Below the pieces are notes generated by a model. It saw only the letters and a list, made by a program, of their open reading frames with translations, was not told the DNA's origin and did not search any database. The translations under genes and the position numbers were made by a program. Below, piece by piece: positions 37,601 through 50,100 of a DNA stretch of 64,000 nucleotides. The stretch's first letter is position 1, and the number at the start of each line of letters is the position of its first letter. Source of the stretch: Mobula hypostoma (taxonomy: Eukaryota); contig NC_086121.1 in assembly GCF_963921235.1 (NCBI RefSeq), forward strand, positions 23,312,001-23,376,000. The letters run 5' to 3'.

Positions 37601-40600
37601 TGGTAGTAGATGGTTGCCTCTCTGACTGGATGCCTGTGGCAAGTGGTGTGCTGCTGGGATCAGTGCTGGGACTGTTGTTCATCTGTATCAACAAATTGGA
37701 TGATAATGTGGTAAACTGGATCAGCAAATATGCAGATGACATCAAGATTGGGGGTGTACTGTTCAGCGAGGAAGACAATCAAAGCTTGTAACGGGATCTG
37801 TACCAGCAGGAAAAATGGGCTGAAAAATGGCAGATGGGATTTGATGCAGACGAGTATGAGGCGTTGCACTTTGGGAGGGTAAACCAGGGTAGGACTTAAA
37901 CTCTTGAGTGGTAAGGCACTGAGAAGTGCGGTAGAACTTGGGAATCTGAGAATACAGAATCATAATTCCTTGAAAGTGGCATCAGAAATAGATAGGGTTG
38001 TTACAAAAGCTTTTGGCACATTGGCCTTCATAAATCAAAGTATTGAGTACAGGAGTTTGGTGGTTACGTTGATGTTGTATAAGATATTGGTGAGGCCTAA
38101 CAAGAGAAAATCTGCTGATGCTGGAAATCTAAGCAACACAAAATGCTGGAGGAAATCAGCAGGCCAGGCAGCATCAATGGAAAAGAGTACAGTCGACGCT
38201 TTGGGCCAAGACCCTTCAACAGGACTGGAGGGAAAAAAGATCAGTAGATTTAAAAGGGGTTGGGGGAAAGAAACACAAGGTGATGGCTGAAACCGGAAGG
38301 GGGAAGATGAAGTAAAGAGCTGGGAAGTTGATTGGTGAAAGAGCTACAGGGCTGGAGAAGGGGGAATCTAATAGGAGAGGACAGAAGGCCATGGAAGAAA
38401 GAAAAGGGGGAGGAGCACCAAAGGGAGGTGATGGCAGGCGAGGAGAAAAGGGGATGGGGAATGGTGAAGGAGTGTGGGGGGAGGGCAGAATCAGAGGTTC
38501 AAGAAATAGATGTTCATGCCATCAGGTTTGAGGCTATCCAGATGGAATACAAGGTGTTGTTCCTCCAACCTGACTGCGGCCTCATCTTGACAGTAGAGGA
38601 GGCTATGGATTGACATATCAAACAAGTAGCATTTGTTCTGCTTACAAGGATAAGTGCCGGGAGCAAGATCAGTGGGGAGGAACAAATAGACAAGGGAGTC
38701 GCATAGGGAGCGATCCCTGCAAAAAGCAGAAGGTGGGGGAGGAGGGAAAGATGTGCTTGGTGGTGGGATCCTGTTGGAGATGGTGGAACGTTCTGGAGAA
38801 TTATGTGCCAGCACTTATCCTTGTAAACAAAACAAATGCTACTTGTTTGATATGTCAATCATCACCTCCTCTACCCTCAAGATGAGGCTGCACTCAGGTT
38901 GGAGGAACAACACCTTGTATTTACTCTGATGAAACCATCAAAGCTGCCCTCAAACGCACCTCTTCCATTTCACACATATCTGCTCTTACCCCATCCTCCC
39001 GTCACCCTACTGGGGATAAGGTTCCTCTTGTTCTCACCTACTACCCCCACCAGCCTCCGCGTCCAGCACGTAATTCTTAGAGAGCATGTCCTGTGAGGAT
39101 AGATTGAATAAGTTAGGACTTTTGTCTTTGGAGCAAAGGAGAATGAGGGGTGACTTGTTTGAGGTGTACAAGATAATAAGAGGCATAGCTTGGACAGCCA
39201 GAGTCTGACTTTTTCCCCAGGATGGCTAATTTAGGGGGCAATTGTAGGAAAAAATGGGGGGGGGTGTACACCAGAGGTAGAGTTTTTACGGAGTGGGATG
39301 TGTGTGGAACGTGTTGCCAGGGGTGGTGTTGGAGGCAGATGCATTAGGAATATTTAAGAGACCGCTAGATAGGCACATGTATGAAAGAACAATGGAGGGC
39401 TACATGGGAGGGAAGGGTAAGATTGGTCTTGGAATAGCAGAAAATGTTGGCACAACATTGAACGGTGTATTTTCCTGTACTGTTCCATGTTCTAATTGTT
39501 TAGCAAAAACATTACTTGCCCATTGTTACCCCAGCCTTGAATGTTATGTTTTTGCTGAAGATGAGCAGAGTTTATCATTAACTGAGGAGATACTTGTGAA
39601 ATGGCATAATTATCAAATATCCCCCACATCTTTTGAGGAAATGTGGTTGATGAAGCAGTAGATGGTTGAGCCCAAGATCCTGGGATTCGTTAATGCTTTG
39701 GGCTTGAGATGTTTGACGTACAACAGCTACAACTCTGTTCCTTTGTGTTTTTTTTCCCCCCTCCAGTGAGAAAGGTTAACTTCCATGTTCTCATTGACTC
39801 ATATTTTATAAGGGTTCCTAAATGCATGTTCCTAAGTGATCAAACACTTCTCTGATGTTGGGGGCAGTAATTTTGTGGTGTTTGGACCAGTGATCCATCG
39901 CAGCCTGGAGCCAGCTCATCTTGACCTCTTTGAAGTAGTTATTTATGAAGCAGCACTGTTTGATAGCTGTATCAGCGATGCATTTCTTCACCTTGTCAAG
40001 GTGAGGTAAACTTTTCCTTTGTTAGTTTTACCATCTGAAAGCTGTGTTGCTGTTGGACTACACTTGAAGTTCCTTCAGAGGCATTGCTATACAGTTTTAT
40101 CTTTCTAATGATTTCAGATATGGAGGGAAGCTGTTTCACATTCCGGTGAAAGGTGTTAGGTGTAGGAAATTTCCTTACCTTTGACCTGTTTCCACAATGG
40201 TGAGGCCTCCATCTGTCCTGCCATTGTGTTGCTGATTGAAAGGCATGATTCTGTGAGTATTACCATATGAGGTTGTGGGACAAGTCCCCAGATGAGATTC
40301 AGATCTATTTATCACATGTACATCAAAACATACAGTGAAATGTGTCATTGTTGTTAACAGCCAACATACACAAGGATGTGCTGCAAGTGTAACCATACAT
40401 TCAGTGCCAAAATAGCATGACCACACTGCAGAGCAGAACAACATAGAACACAACAAAACAGAACATACTGACAGGAACAGTATAACAAGCCCCGTTCCTC
40501 TTTCCCTTTCACCCACCTGCCCACGCATGTACACAGTCCTCTAACCCCCAGGATGGGCTGTCTTCAGCCTCCAGAAATTCATGGACTTGCACACACTGGG

Positions 40601-43600
40601 TCCCAACTTCACCAGCAGACTCATTGAGATTTGTAGGTTCGTGCTCTGGCTTCTGGGTCTTGGCCTGGATCTCTGATCAGCCTCCAGTATCAACCCAGGA
40701 CTCGCTACATAGATGGGGGTCCAAACTCCAGGCCTTGAACTCACCAGTGACGGGACCTCAAAAACTAGGCCTCAAGCTCCGGTCTGTCACTGGCCTTCAA
40801 ATACAGAGCCTTGGACTCTGGCTTGTCCTCCAAATACCCCACATCCCTGTCCCTAAACCCTAACCTGACCCCTAATTTCTGTCTGTGTCGACAAGACCAT
40901 TCTTGTGAATTTTTTATTTTAAAATAAACCTAAAAACTAGCTAAATTTGAGCTGCATCCTCAATGGAGAAAGAGGCTCTGCACCATCTTGAAACTTGAAT
41001 TATGGAATCAGGATTAACGAAGAGGATGCACTGAGCTGTGTGCATATTTTTGTCTGGAAATGCAGTGTGTTTTGTCATGATTGCGCTCCATACCCCACCC
41101 TTGGCATATTGCAATCACAATGACATTTTATATTTTATATTTCTCTGAGGTAGCAGATTTTTTTTATATGGCATATGTTTCTGTTTCATATAAAAGTTTC
41201 ATGGTAATAATAATTGATTCTGGCTTAATGTAATTTAAATTCCTCAGCTGCCACAAAGGGGTTTGAAGTGCCTCTGGATAACTGATCCAGTAACATAAAA
41301 CAGACATGGCTGTAATAACCCCTGAAGTCACGAATCCAAACAGACCTTGTGTCAAGAAAAATTGGTGTTCATTGTTAGCCAGGTAGAAAAACTGGGGAAA
41401 GAGAACTTTTTGTGTAATTGTTGTTATTTGTCTTCAGGACACAGATTTGATTGTTCAAAATCTAGAGCTTGAAAACCACGACATCGAGTCTGCAATAGCT
41501 GCCGTCCTGCAGATGGATGAACTAAAGAACAAAAGTGAGTTCTATGTGCAAATATTGAAATTCATTTTCTATATATGTTGCAAGTTTATTTCAGCATGAG
41601 CATTTGAACAATACCCTTTAATGCTCTAAATTCACTTCAAGGTTCACGACTCACTTTTGACTCGCCACTTTTAGCAGATTGTCTGTATTTCACAAGGATT
41701 GTTTTGCAGCCTCCATGAATCTTTCCGAAATGTAAATTGTATGAATGTTTCACTTTGCAAATTTCTAGATCAATAATATTTCCTAAATTTTGTCTTTGAA
41801 GATCAGCTTAACTGTCAAAATGCAAGAATGCGATTTTAACTAAAAAGTTGCAGTACAAGGGGTGATTGATACGTTCGTAGCCCAAGGTAGAAGGAGTCAA
41901 TTTTAGAAAACCTAGCACATTAATTTTTTTAACATAGTCCTATCCTACACTTACACACTGAGTCTAGCAGTCGTGGAGCATACAGATCCCTTCTTTGTAG
42001 AAGCCAGCGTCTTGGACCTCCAGTAGTGGTCAACAGCAGGGGTGATGGATAAGAGATGAGTTATGAACTTCAAACTTTCTGCATAATCACTCAGAGTTGA
42101 ACTACATGTGCATGTAATGAGAGCTGTATAACTCATCCCTTCTACCTTAGGCCATGAACTTATCAATCACCCCCGCTGTCGACCGCTTCTGGAGGTCCAA
42201 GATGCTGATTTTTACAAAGAAGGGATCCGTATGCTCCACGACCGCTTGGCTAAGTGTGTAAACATAGGAGGGGACAATGTTGAAATATAAATATGCTAGG
42301 TTTTCTAAAATTGGCGACTCCTATCTTAGGGCACAAACATATCAATCACCCTTCGTAAGTCTGGGTAAGCACCTTGTACATCTAGTGAATAAATACACTA
42401 CCAAGTAGAGCAACTTGAAGCTTGGTTGAAAATTTCTGAGGTAATTTGCAATGCCTTTTCATGCCTCTTTCCACATAGATTAAGATTTAATGATTTCATT
42501 GCTACAGAATCACTAGAGTTGAATTTAGTTATGTTTTGCTGGATTAGATTGTATTGACGAGTCTAACAAAAACAGCCCACATCACGTGTCTTCTCTCTGG
42601 ATGGAGAATGGAAGTGGCAATAGGATTTTTGGAAATCAAGGTGTAAACCCTGAAGAAATTGAAAATAATAGGACACTGAACAAAAAGGAAGAGAATAAGA
42701 GGACCAAAAATAAGGTGTGTTAAATATCTTTTGTGTGACTGGTCTCTGAAAAAAGCGGTTTATACAGTGATGTGTGATAACGTAAATTTTATACTAAAGA
42801 CTACGAAGTCAACAGTACCAAGTGATATGAAATGCATGAATATTATAATGAAGAGTGGATTCCTCAACAGCTTCAGATGGATAAATTTGCCCAGCAGTCT
42901 TTTAGACTTGTTACGTTTTGGCTAGCAAATGATAAGGCAAATTATCACCAACTTCTAGAGGAGTCGTATGCCAATCAGCATTGCTTTAAAGTTACACTTG
43001 TCATCAGCAAATGTACATTAATTTAGTGGAAATGGAAAGATGTGTATTGTACATTTTCATCAGTATTTTCTCCCAAGGATTTACTGAGATACAGTTTTGC
43101 AAATAGGGTGTGTATTTTCTCACCCTAGGTATTTTGCTGAAAAGGCAAACATTCATGTGTTACTCTTGGCAGTTATTTTGGGTGACAATTGATCAGCATA
43201 CTCAGTCTCCTTGCCTTGCCTCTGACTATTTATATTTTCATTAGCTATTGTCCTATGGCAGCTACTGAAGGAATTGAGGCCATTTGTAGTCCATTAACAT
43301 GGATATCTGTTGATTTGAGTTTCAATCTAGTGACTTGAGCACCAATATACAAGTGTGCACTGTAGTGTAATACTGAGGGGCTGCTACAGTGCTGTAAGTG
43401 GATTTTGGGAGAATCCCTAAACTAAACCCATGCTAGTGCACTTGGCTGATTATAAGTATCCTGCTGTTACTCTGAAGAACAGTGGAGTTGTCCCCAGTGT
43501 CCTTACCAATATTCGTCCCTCGTCAGTGTTACTTAAACATTATATAGTCTTTATCACACTGAATTTGCTAACATTACAACTGATTTCACTTTAAAAGTAT

Positions 43601-44103
43601 TAAACACAAAGTACAATGGACTGGCCAAAGGTCATGAAATGTGATTTATAAATATAAGGACGTTCCCAACTTGGGTAATATCTGGGAACTTCCTTGTTTC
43701 AGCTACCTGCTGGATAAAGTCCAAACTATCAGAAAACTGTGAAAAATGGAACTTTATTTTGTTAAGCGTGTCAAATAACAAAACTAAAGTTCGTATGATA
43801 CACAGCTTTTTGAAATGCTTATTACAGAAAACAGTTAAATAGTGCAATTCATCATAGCTATTTAAATTAGTTGTGCTAATCAAAGTTTTTTTCCCCACCC
43901 TCATTCTCCTGAATTTTTAAAACTAGGTTACAAGTAAGCAACGAAAAGAACAATTAAGGAGAGAAAAGAAGAAACGCCAGGAAGAGAGACATCGACAAAA
44001 AGTTCTAGACAGCAGGAGCAATAATGTGGAAGAGCTCATGACTGATGGGAACTTGCAGCCACCAGTTACATTAGTCAAAACTTTTGCTACGTTAAATATT
44101 TGA
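24824..44103 (+). CDS. OTUD3: OTU deubiquitinase 3; join(24824..25026,29516..29664,33757..33869,35658..35780,36279..36425,41438..41534,42548..42714,43927..44103), 1176 nt / 391 aa
   Basis: Phase-consistent GT-AG exons giving [14 protein letters not shown]...[27 protein letters not shown]...[14 protein letters not shown], a UBA-like segment and a C-terminal [11 protein letters not shown]...TFATLNI. Confidence 0.96.
25790..26062 (+). mobile_element. V-SINE-like element (OTUD3 intron 1)
   Basis: Homologous to 21176-21435. Confidence 0.65.
28543..29261 (-). mobile_element. L1-clade LINE 3' fragment (ORF2 Cys/His C-terminal domain plus 3'UTR)
   Basis: KILHRLHYS...CEKC...[15 protein letters not shown]; A-tail at about 28614-28621; 14-bp direct repeat atagtttttaaatt at 28529-28542 and 29262-29275. 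Confidence 0.85.
29516..29664 (+). CDS. OTUD3: OTUD3 coding exon 2 (catalytic Cys)
   Basis: [49 protein letters not shown]; aag|...|gtgagc. Confidence 0.95.
29745..30003 (-). mobile_element. V-SINE-like element
   Basis: Reverse-complement homolog of 21176-21435. Further copies lie at about 47300-47550, 47950-48155 and 52290-52575. Confidence 0.65.
30856..31167. mobile_element. hAT (Charlie-like) palindromic MITE
   Basis: TIR cagtggtccccaacctcc / ggaggttggggaccactg; 8-bp TSD ctctactg / ctccactg; arms complementary over about 130 bp. Confidence 0.9.
31624..31662. repeat. (TG)n microsatellite expanded from the PLE tail
   Basis: A TG run occupies the position of the short tgtgtg tract seen in other PLE tails. 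Confidence 0.9.
32921..33455. mobile_element. Inverted composite PLE ends (OTUD3 intron 2)
   Basis: A minus-orientation arm followed by a + strand pLTR ending ...gcagattttctcttgtttg. Confidence 0.82.
33311..33348 (+). ncRNA. Hammerhead motif, sense to OTUD3; core intact but G:G mismatch at the base of stem I
   Basis: cagtg-CTGATGA-a-ggg ttttgg ccc-GAAA-c-ATC^gactg. Confidence 0.6.
33757..33869 (+). CDS. OTUD3: OTUD3 coding exon 3
   Basis: [37 protein letters not shown]; cag|...|gtaaat. Confidence 0.95.
35051..35340 (+). mobile_element. tRNA-derived SINE with CORE/Meta-like central block
   Basis: A-box-like tggccaagtgg; central gtgtcctcgagcaaggcacttaacc...aatgggtacc; 11-bp TSD attatataaat at 35040-35050 and 35341-35351. 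Confidence 0.78.
35658..35780 (+). CDS. OTUD3: OTUD3 coding exon 4 (catalytic His)
   Basis: [41 protein letters not shown]; cag|...|gttggt. Confidence 0.95.
36279..36425 (+). CDS. OTUD3: OTUD3 coding exon 5
   Basis: MLMKDD...[14 protein letters not shown]; cag|...|gtgagt. Confidence 0.9.
36770..39492 (+). mobile_element. Degenerate CR1 ORF2 split by a PLE
   Basis: [26 protein letters not shown] and LYKILVRP motifs. The element resumes after about 39080 to a 3' tail. Confidence 0.8.
38100..39078. mobile_element. Rearranged PLE (internal deletion plus inversion) inserted in CR1
   Basis: pLTR on the minus strand; linker [11 protein letters not shown] joined directly to DMSIH; that junction is repeated in inverted orientation. 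Confidence 0.8.
41438..41534 (+). CDS. OTUD3: OTUD3 coding exon 6 (UBA-like)
   Basis: [32 protein letters not shown]; cag|...|gtgagt. Confidence 0.92.
41856..42355. mobile_element. Mariner-type palindromic MITE (OTUD3 intron 6)
   Basis: TA-caaggggtgattgat...atcaatcacccttcg-TA, with arms of about 190 bp complementary and an internal extra TIR-like copy. Confidence 0.82.
42548..42714 (+). CDS. OTUD3: OTUD3 coding exon 7
   Basis: ...[17 protein letters not shown]...KNK; tag|...|gtgtgt. The acceptor is the least certain boundary. Confidence 0.82.
43927..44103 (+). CDS. OTUD3: OTUD3 final coding exon
   Basis: [25 protein letters not shown]...[12 protein letters not shown]. Confidence 0.93.
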   Translation, partial: VTSKQRKEQLRREKKKRQEERHRQKVLDSRSNNVEELMTDGNLQPPVTLVKTFATLNI

Positions 44104-45100
44104 CATTAGGTCCCCCTACAACTAAAGATTGCCTAGCGTAGTAAGTCTCATAAATGGGGGGGGGGGAGTAATTTGGTGGAAGGAGGAGGGAATTTGTATT
44201 TCTGATGCTGCTTTAGATTAACATTGTTTGACTTCATAAGCTTTTTTTTGAAGAACTTCGTTTTTCTTTGTAAATGTGTGTAAACTGGAAGAAAGTCTCT
44301 AAAAAGCAAACACAGTGAATTATTTACACTTTATAAATGCAATAAAGTTTTAAGAATAGTAACAACTAAGAATCAAAATAGTAAGTTGAAATAGTTGGAT
44401 AAATTTTAGGAATAAATGGATTTGAAGGCGAGTGTGCCTTTAACTCTTAAACATGTCGTTTAGAGAGCTGACGATCAGATTTTAAGTATCATGCCCTCTT
44501 TACGCCTCCATTAACATTCAGTAATCGAGATGGAAATTGGGGCCTTTTTTACAATTATTTGCAGATCTCCCAAAAGAGACTTTTATAGAGTGGGTTTGCA
44601 CAGGAGTATTTCTGAATGGAGCATAGAATAGCTGTCACTTGCTGACATCAGTAAGGAAAATTTATAAGAAAAGTTATAAAGAAAACCTTTTTCAGGACTG
44701 AAACCATTTTTTAGTGTAGAGTTTAAGAAGAAGAATGCTGCTAACCACCAAATACAGAGGATACTTTCCCCAAGGACTGTTCCAAGTATGTGAATAGGCA
44801 GGGCAACTGCCGAAACCAAATGAGGTTCATAGAAGAACTGAAATTTCTGATGATGGTTAGTAATTTATTCATTAGAGTCTTATTGTTTTAACACTCCTAG
44901 GGGTGGTTTAAGTTAAAGAAACTTGTTCTGTTGAATTTCTACATACTGAGATGTTTTTATGGCAATAAAAATTTTGGAAAGTTATTGAGAAAAGTCAAGT
45001 GTTTGAAACAGTAACTCCCATGAACAGCCATGTAAAAGAGCTGGCTGTTGTACAATTTTGGATTTTTTTACTTTCTATTTCTGTTTGTATATACAATGTT

Positions 45101-45106
45101 AATAAA
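45101..45106 (+). terminator. Candidate distal OTUD3 polyadenylation signal (others at 44341, 44411, 44964)
   Basis: AATAAA at the end of an AT-rich 3'UTR-like tract, preceded by TGTA motifs and followed by T-rich sequence. Confidence 0.5.
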
Positions 45107-45169
45107 TCAACTCATTGAGAAACTAAAGTTTGTTTTAAAAATCTTTTATTTTCACTATTACATTGACTT

Positions 45170-45515
45170 GCAGTTACCTCTTCTCAATCACCTATCATCT
45201 CCCTCTGCCCCTCCTCCTTTCCTTTCTCCCATGGTCCACTCTCCTCTCCTATTGGATTCCTTTTACACCCATCTCCTCCCCAGCTTCTTCACCCCTCCCC
45301 AACCCGCCTGGTTTCACCTTCCCCTCCCCCATTTCTTATTCTGGTATCTTCCTCCTTCCTTTCCAGTCCTGATGGAGGGTCTCAGCCTGAAGTGTGAACT
45401 GTTTATTCATTTCCATAGATGCTGTCTGACCTGCTGAGTTCCTCCAGGGGTGGGTGGGTGGGTGTGTGTGTGTGTTGCTGTGGATTTCCAGCATCTGCAG
45501 AATCTCTTGTGTTTG
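45170..45515 (+). mobile_element. PLE pLTR fragment (degenerate hammerhead)
   Basis: Homologous to the other pLTR tails. Confidence 0.75.
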
Positions 45516-47143
45516 ATTTGTCGCCTCTTTTAATGTCTTGTAGTTGTACCTGCTTCTACCATTTCCTTTGGCAGTGTTTTCCATATATGCACCACCTTCT
45601 GGTGTGTGTGTGGGGGGGGGTGGAATTTTGCCTCTTGGGACCCTTTAAATCTGTTCCCCCTTGCCTTAAACCTATACCTCTAGTTTTAAACCCCCTTACC
45701 TTAGAGGGGAAAAAAAAACCTGACTATCCATCTTGACTCTGCACCTCATGATTTTCTATACATTTAAAGTCAATGCTCGGCCTCCTACACTCTGGGGAGG
45801 GGGGATCCCCCTCATGTAACAGATTACTTTTGAGGGGATTTTAGCTGATTGTTGCAAATCTGGTTCAGCTGCTGTGGATCAGGAAACCCTGCAAGCTAAA
45901 ATCCTAATGGTAATTGACAAACATTGAAACCTTAAAGTTCCTTGTTCGATGGGGCTGTTTTAATTGGCTAAGCCTCCAGGCTTTGCGTGCATTTGGGGAC
46001 ATGTGCAGCCTATACCCAAGCATTGCCGACACGTATAATGAAACAGAAAACTCTCAGCACTCGCAAGGTTAGGTGGTACCCGAGAAGGCTGTAATGTTTT
46101 GGGTCTGATATCCTTTCTCAGAACAATGCTGGATCTGAAACAGTTAACATTTTGGGTCTCAAAGGATCTTGGCCCAGAATATTTTTTTCCTCTCTTCCAC
46201 AGATACTGCCTCACCTGCTGTTTCCAGCATTTTCAAATTTGCAGCATCTGTAGGATTTGTTTTGATTTTCATCAAATGCAACATTTTACATGAGATAATC
46301 ATACATTTGGTAACAGAAAAATGTCAAAGTCCCCTTTATTGTATGCACAGATGCAATGAAAACCTTACCTCCAGTAGCAACATGGGCACAGTGTTCACAA
46401 TATAAATTATACAAGAAAGAACACAATTGGAACACAAGTCTTGGGGACAAAGTGGTCATGGTATTGCTGTATTGAAGTGATTAAGGTGGTACAGGCTGGT
46501 TCGAGAATCAAATGGTTAAGAGAAAAATTGCTGTTCTTGAACCTGGTGGTGAGGAATTTCATGCCCGACAGTAGCTGTAAGAAGATGGCATGACCTGGAT
46601 GGTAGAGATCATTGCTAGATCAATAAATTTCTTGATTTAGAGAATTGAGGTGCAGAATGGCTTCAAATAAAAAAAAGTTTATCATCTGATATATACTCAA
46701 TTGGGTTCTGTTTTTACTTTGCCTAGAAATTTAGTGTTTAATATGATATTTTCCTGAATACTTTTTGAAACTGACCTGTGAAATACTTCAAATAAATAAA
46801 CTTAAAAGATGAAGTGGAAATCTTTTTCCTTTTTGCTTCCTCTGCACTGAGGTGTGCAGTTGTAAAGGGAACAAATTGAGTTATCCTTTTTACATGTCTC
46901 AAGTAGAGAAAGGATAAATTTCTGAATCATGGTCAAAGTAAATTGATTAGCAAAGTACATATACGTCACCATATACAACCCTGAGATTTGTTTATTTGTG
47001 GGCATACTCAGTAAATCCTATAACCATAATATAGCAAATGGAAGACTGTACATATCAGGGCAGACAACCAGTGTGCGAGAGACCAGTGTGATGTCAGTAG
47101 CAAAAAAGGGTTCAACATTTCACAAGTATTTTAAGGAGCTGAA

Positions 47144-47182
47144 CTGAAGAAGATGGCAGAGTTTGCCATCGAAACATTGGTT
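47144..47182 (+). ncRNA. Hammerhead core of a second PLE-like family
   Basis: CTGAAGA-a-gatggca gagtt tgccatc-GAAA-c-ATT ggtt with a 7-bp stem II; stem I poorly preserved. Confidence 0.6.
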
Positions 47183-50100
47183 ATAATCGATATTTGCACC
47201 CGGCTGGAAGCCCAAGAAGAGTTTATTTGTCATGGGAGAGCTCCAGATCCTTTTCCAAAATGCAGCTTGTTACTAGGAGGCAGTTGGTACATAATTTCAT
47301 TTAATTATTTAGAGATACAGTGAGGAATAGGCTCTTCTGCCCAATGAGCCACATCACCTAGCAACCCACCTATTTAACCCGAGCCTAATCACAGGGCAAT
47401 TTATAATAATCAACTAACCCACCAACTAGTATGTCTTTGGCCTATGGAAGGAAATCCACACGATCAAGAGGAGAACTTGTTACAGATGGCAAGGAATTAA
47501 ACTACTCATTCTGAACTCAGCACCACCCTAACTACTATGGTACCGTGACACCCTCTTCCAACTCAAAATGGGGAGGTGGGAGATGCAAGTATATTGTTAT
47601 ATACTCTGAAGTGAGAGGACCGGCTACCTAGAACTTTTAAAAAATCTTTCAATCCTAGCTCAAGGATGTCAGTTAATGATAAATGTACAACAAAAATATC
47701 AGCTAACTTGATGCAGAAGCTGAAAATGTAAGAACAATTAGTGAACCTAGGAGCAAACAGATGGCTAAGTTAAAATGATTTTTTATATAAAAAAAAAGCA
47801 ACTGGCTTGTCTTCAGTTCAGTGATTATAAAATCCCCAGAAGCTGGAACTTCACAATTAACATTATTTATAATTAATATTTAACAGTTTCAAAGACTAGA
47901 ATGTGATGCAGCTCCCTTTAATGTTTTTTTTGTTTTCTTTGAAAACTTTGTTTATTTATTGGCATACAGCATAGAATAGGCCCTTCTGGCTCTTCGTGCC
48001 ACACCAGCCAGCAATCTTCTAATTTAATCCTTGCCTAATCATGGGACAATTTACAATGACTAATTAACCTACTAACCGGTATGTCTTTGGACTGTGGAAG
48101 GAAACCCACACGGTCATGGGGAGAACGTACAAACCTCTTACAGGCAGCAGCAGAAATTATATTGTCTGCTTTTTAAAATTATTTATACACAGGAACATAT
48201 GATAGGCCAGAGGATTGGGCAAGGACAGCCTGTATTAGGGTAGTGATTTTAGCACTAGGGAGCCATCTCCAGCAGAGCATAATCAGGTAAGAGAATGACA
48301 ATCAGCTGATGGAGACATTCAAGTAGGTCGGGAAGGTTAGTCTTAAGGTAGGATTTTGGGATCTAGACAAAGGATAAAGTGTTGGAGAGGCTTTGGAATG
48401 AATTCAGGTGTACATGGTGGAAATGAATGCTGATGAGAGGCGAACTGAGGGATATGAAAGTGGAAAAGAGCGAGCTGGAGTAATACAGATATTTTGTGGT
48501 TGGATAAAAGAAAAGAATGGACGAGAGGAATGTGGAAGAGGGTTGGGAGGTCAAGGAGAGACTTAAACGCGGGACTGTGAATACTAAAATAGAAGTGCCG
48601 TTGGATTGAGAGCCTCTGTAGATAAGTGAATACAGTAACAATGGTTGAGTGAGATGGTGGATTTGGATTTCACCTGCTATTAATTGGACGAATCCATAGT
48701 GGAAATCGAGGGGCTCGTGAAAACAGGATTTGAATAGATAGACCTAGAGATAAGAATGTATTCTTTTTATTAAAGTAGCATATTAATTGAAACAGCTTTG
48801 GAAACAATTAAGGGGCAATTTCACAAAGTAAGAACATCTTTGTGATGAAGGGACTTTGACAGCCTGCTGTTGATGCAGTCTTGCTAGTACGACCAAGAAG
48901 TGTGGAATGGATTACTGGCTGGCTGGAATTTTAAATGGCAGAGCATAAACAAGCCAGAACGACCTCCACCCTGCATTACTCATTGAGTAGGGAGGAGCAG
49001 CAGCCTCCTCAGACTTTAACCCCAAGGAAATTTTACATCATCCAGGACTGGATGTTAGGCAAGTAATCTGGCACCTGAAGCAACTAATGGGAGTGGAGTG
49101 GAGACAGTTTAAAGATTTGTCTGTCTGACTGCATATGTTTTATGTGTAGATGAAAGAACCATAAAGAAGGGAAATCATAAGTAGAAAGGCGTTTTTTTAG
49201 TCAGTGTTTGACATGTGATCCTTGAAATTCCAGCAGCATACAATTATTAATTTTTCTAATTCCAGAAAGATGTGGCCACAACACATGCTTGCTCCATTCT
49301 AGTACTGGTCTGAGCCTGTATTTGTAAAAAGAATCAAGTTCAACTGAGGCAGGGTGCAGAGCCATAGCCGCTGGGAAATACATGAAGTCATTTTGTCGTT
49401 CTTGATGAAATGATAAACAGCTGATAAGAGAGGGCAAGTTTTTGATCAAAAATTCACCAATCACGTAAGGGCTCTAGGCATTTTTGTTGGAGCCACAACT
49501 GCAACCAGTTAAGATTTAATGGAGCTACTGCCATTCATGCTTGAATGAAGCCATTCTCTGAGATTTTTTGGCTCAGTTTTATTTACTTTATAAAGGGAGA
49601 GAAAGGGCAAATACTGTGTGAGTAGGCAGGCCTTTTGTAAGGAGTCCGAGCATCCCTGAAGGGCTTTGCAATTATGACAGGATATGAGATAGTGGTGTGT
49701 GAATAATCCTATAACTCTTCTGGCTCCCATCAAAAAGTATTTTCCCTTTACAAGATTGTTCCTGGCAGAGGAGAATATACAACTTCAAAGAAATAAAACA
49801 TAAAGCTATTAACTACCATGCTGTCCTGGAGAGAGTTAGTCAATGAAAGTAGTTTTGAAGTTCAGTCACTGTTATAAACAATAGCTCATTTCTGCACAAG
49901 ACCCAACAAGCAAAATAGCAAGTAACCATTTAATCTGATATTTAGAATTAAGTAATGGAAACTGAATTAAAATTAGCTCTGTCTTATGAGCCCTCTTCCA
50001 TTCACTGATAAATAAAGTGACTTCCAGTCCCAGAGTAAATAGAGGCCAGGCGTTTTCTCTTCAAAATAGGACCAAGGGATTTACGTTTCTACCTGAGAGG

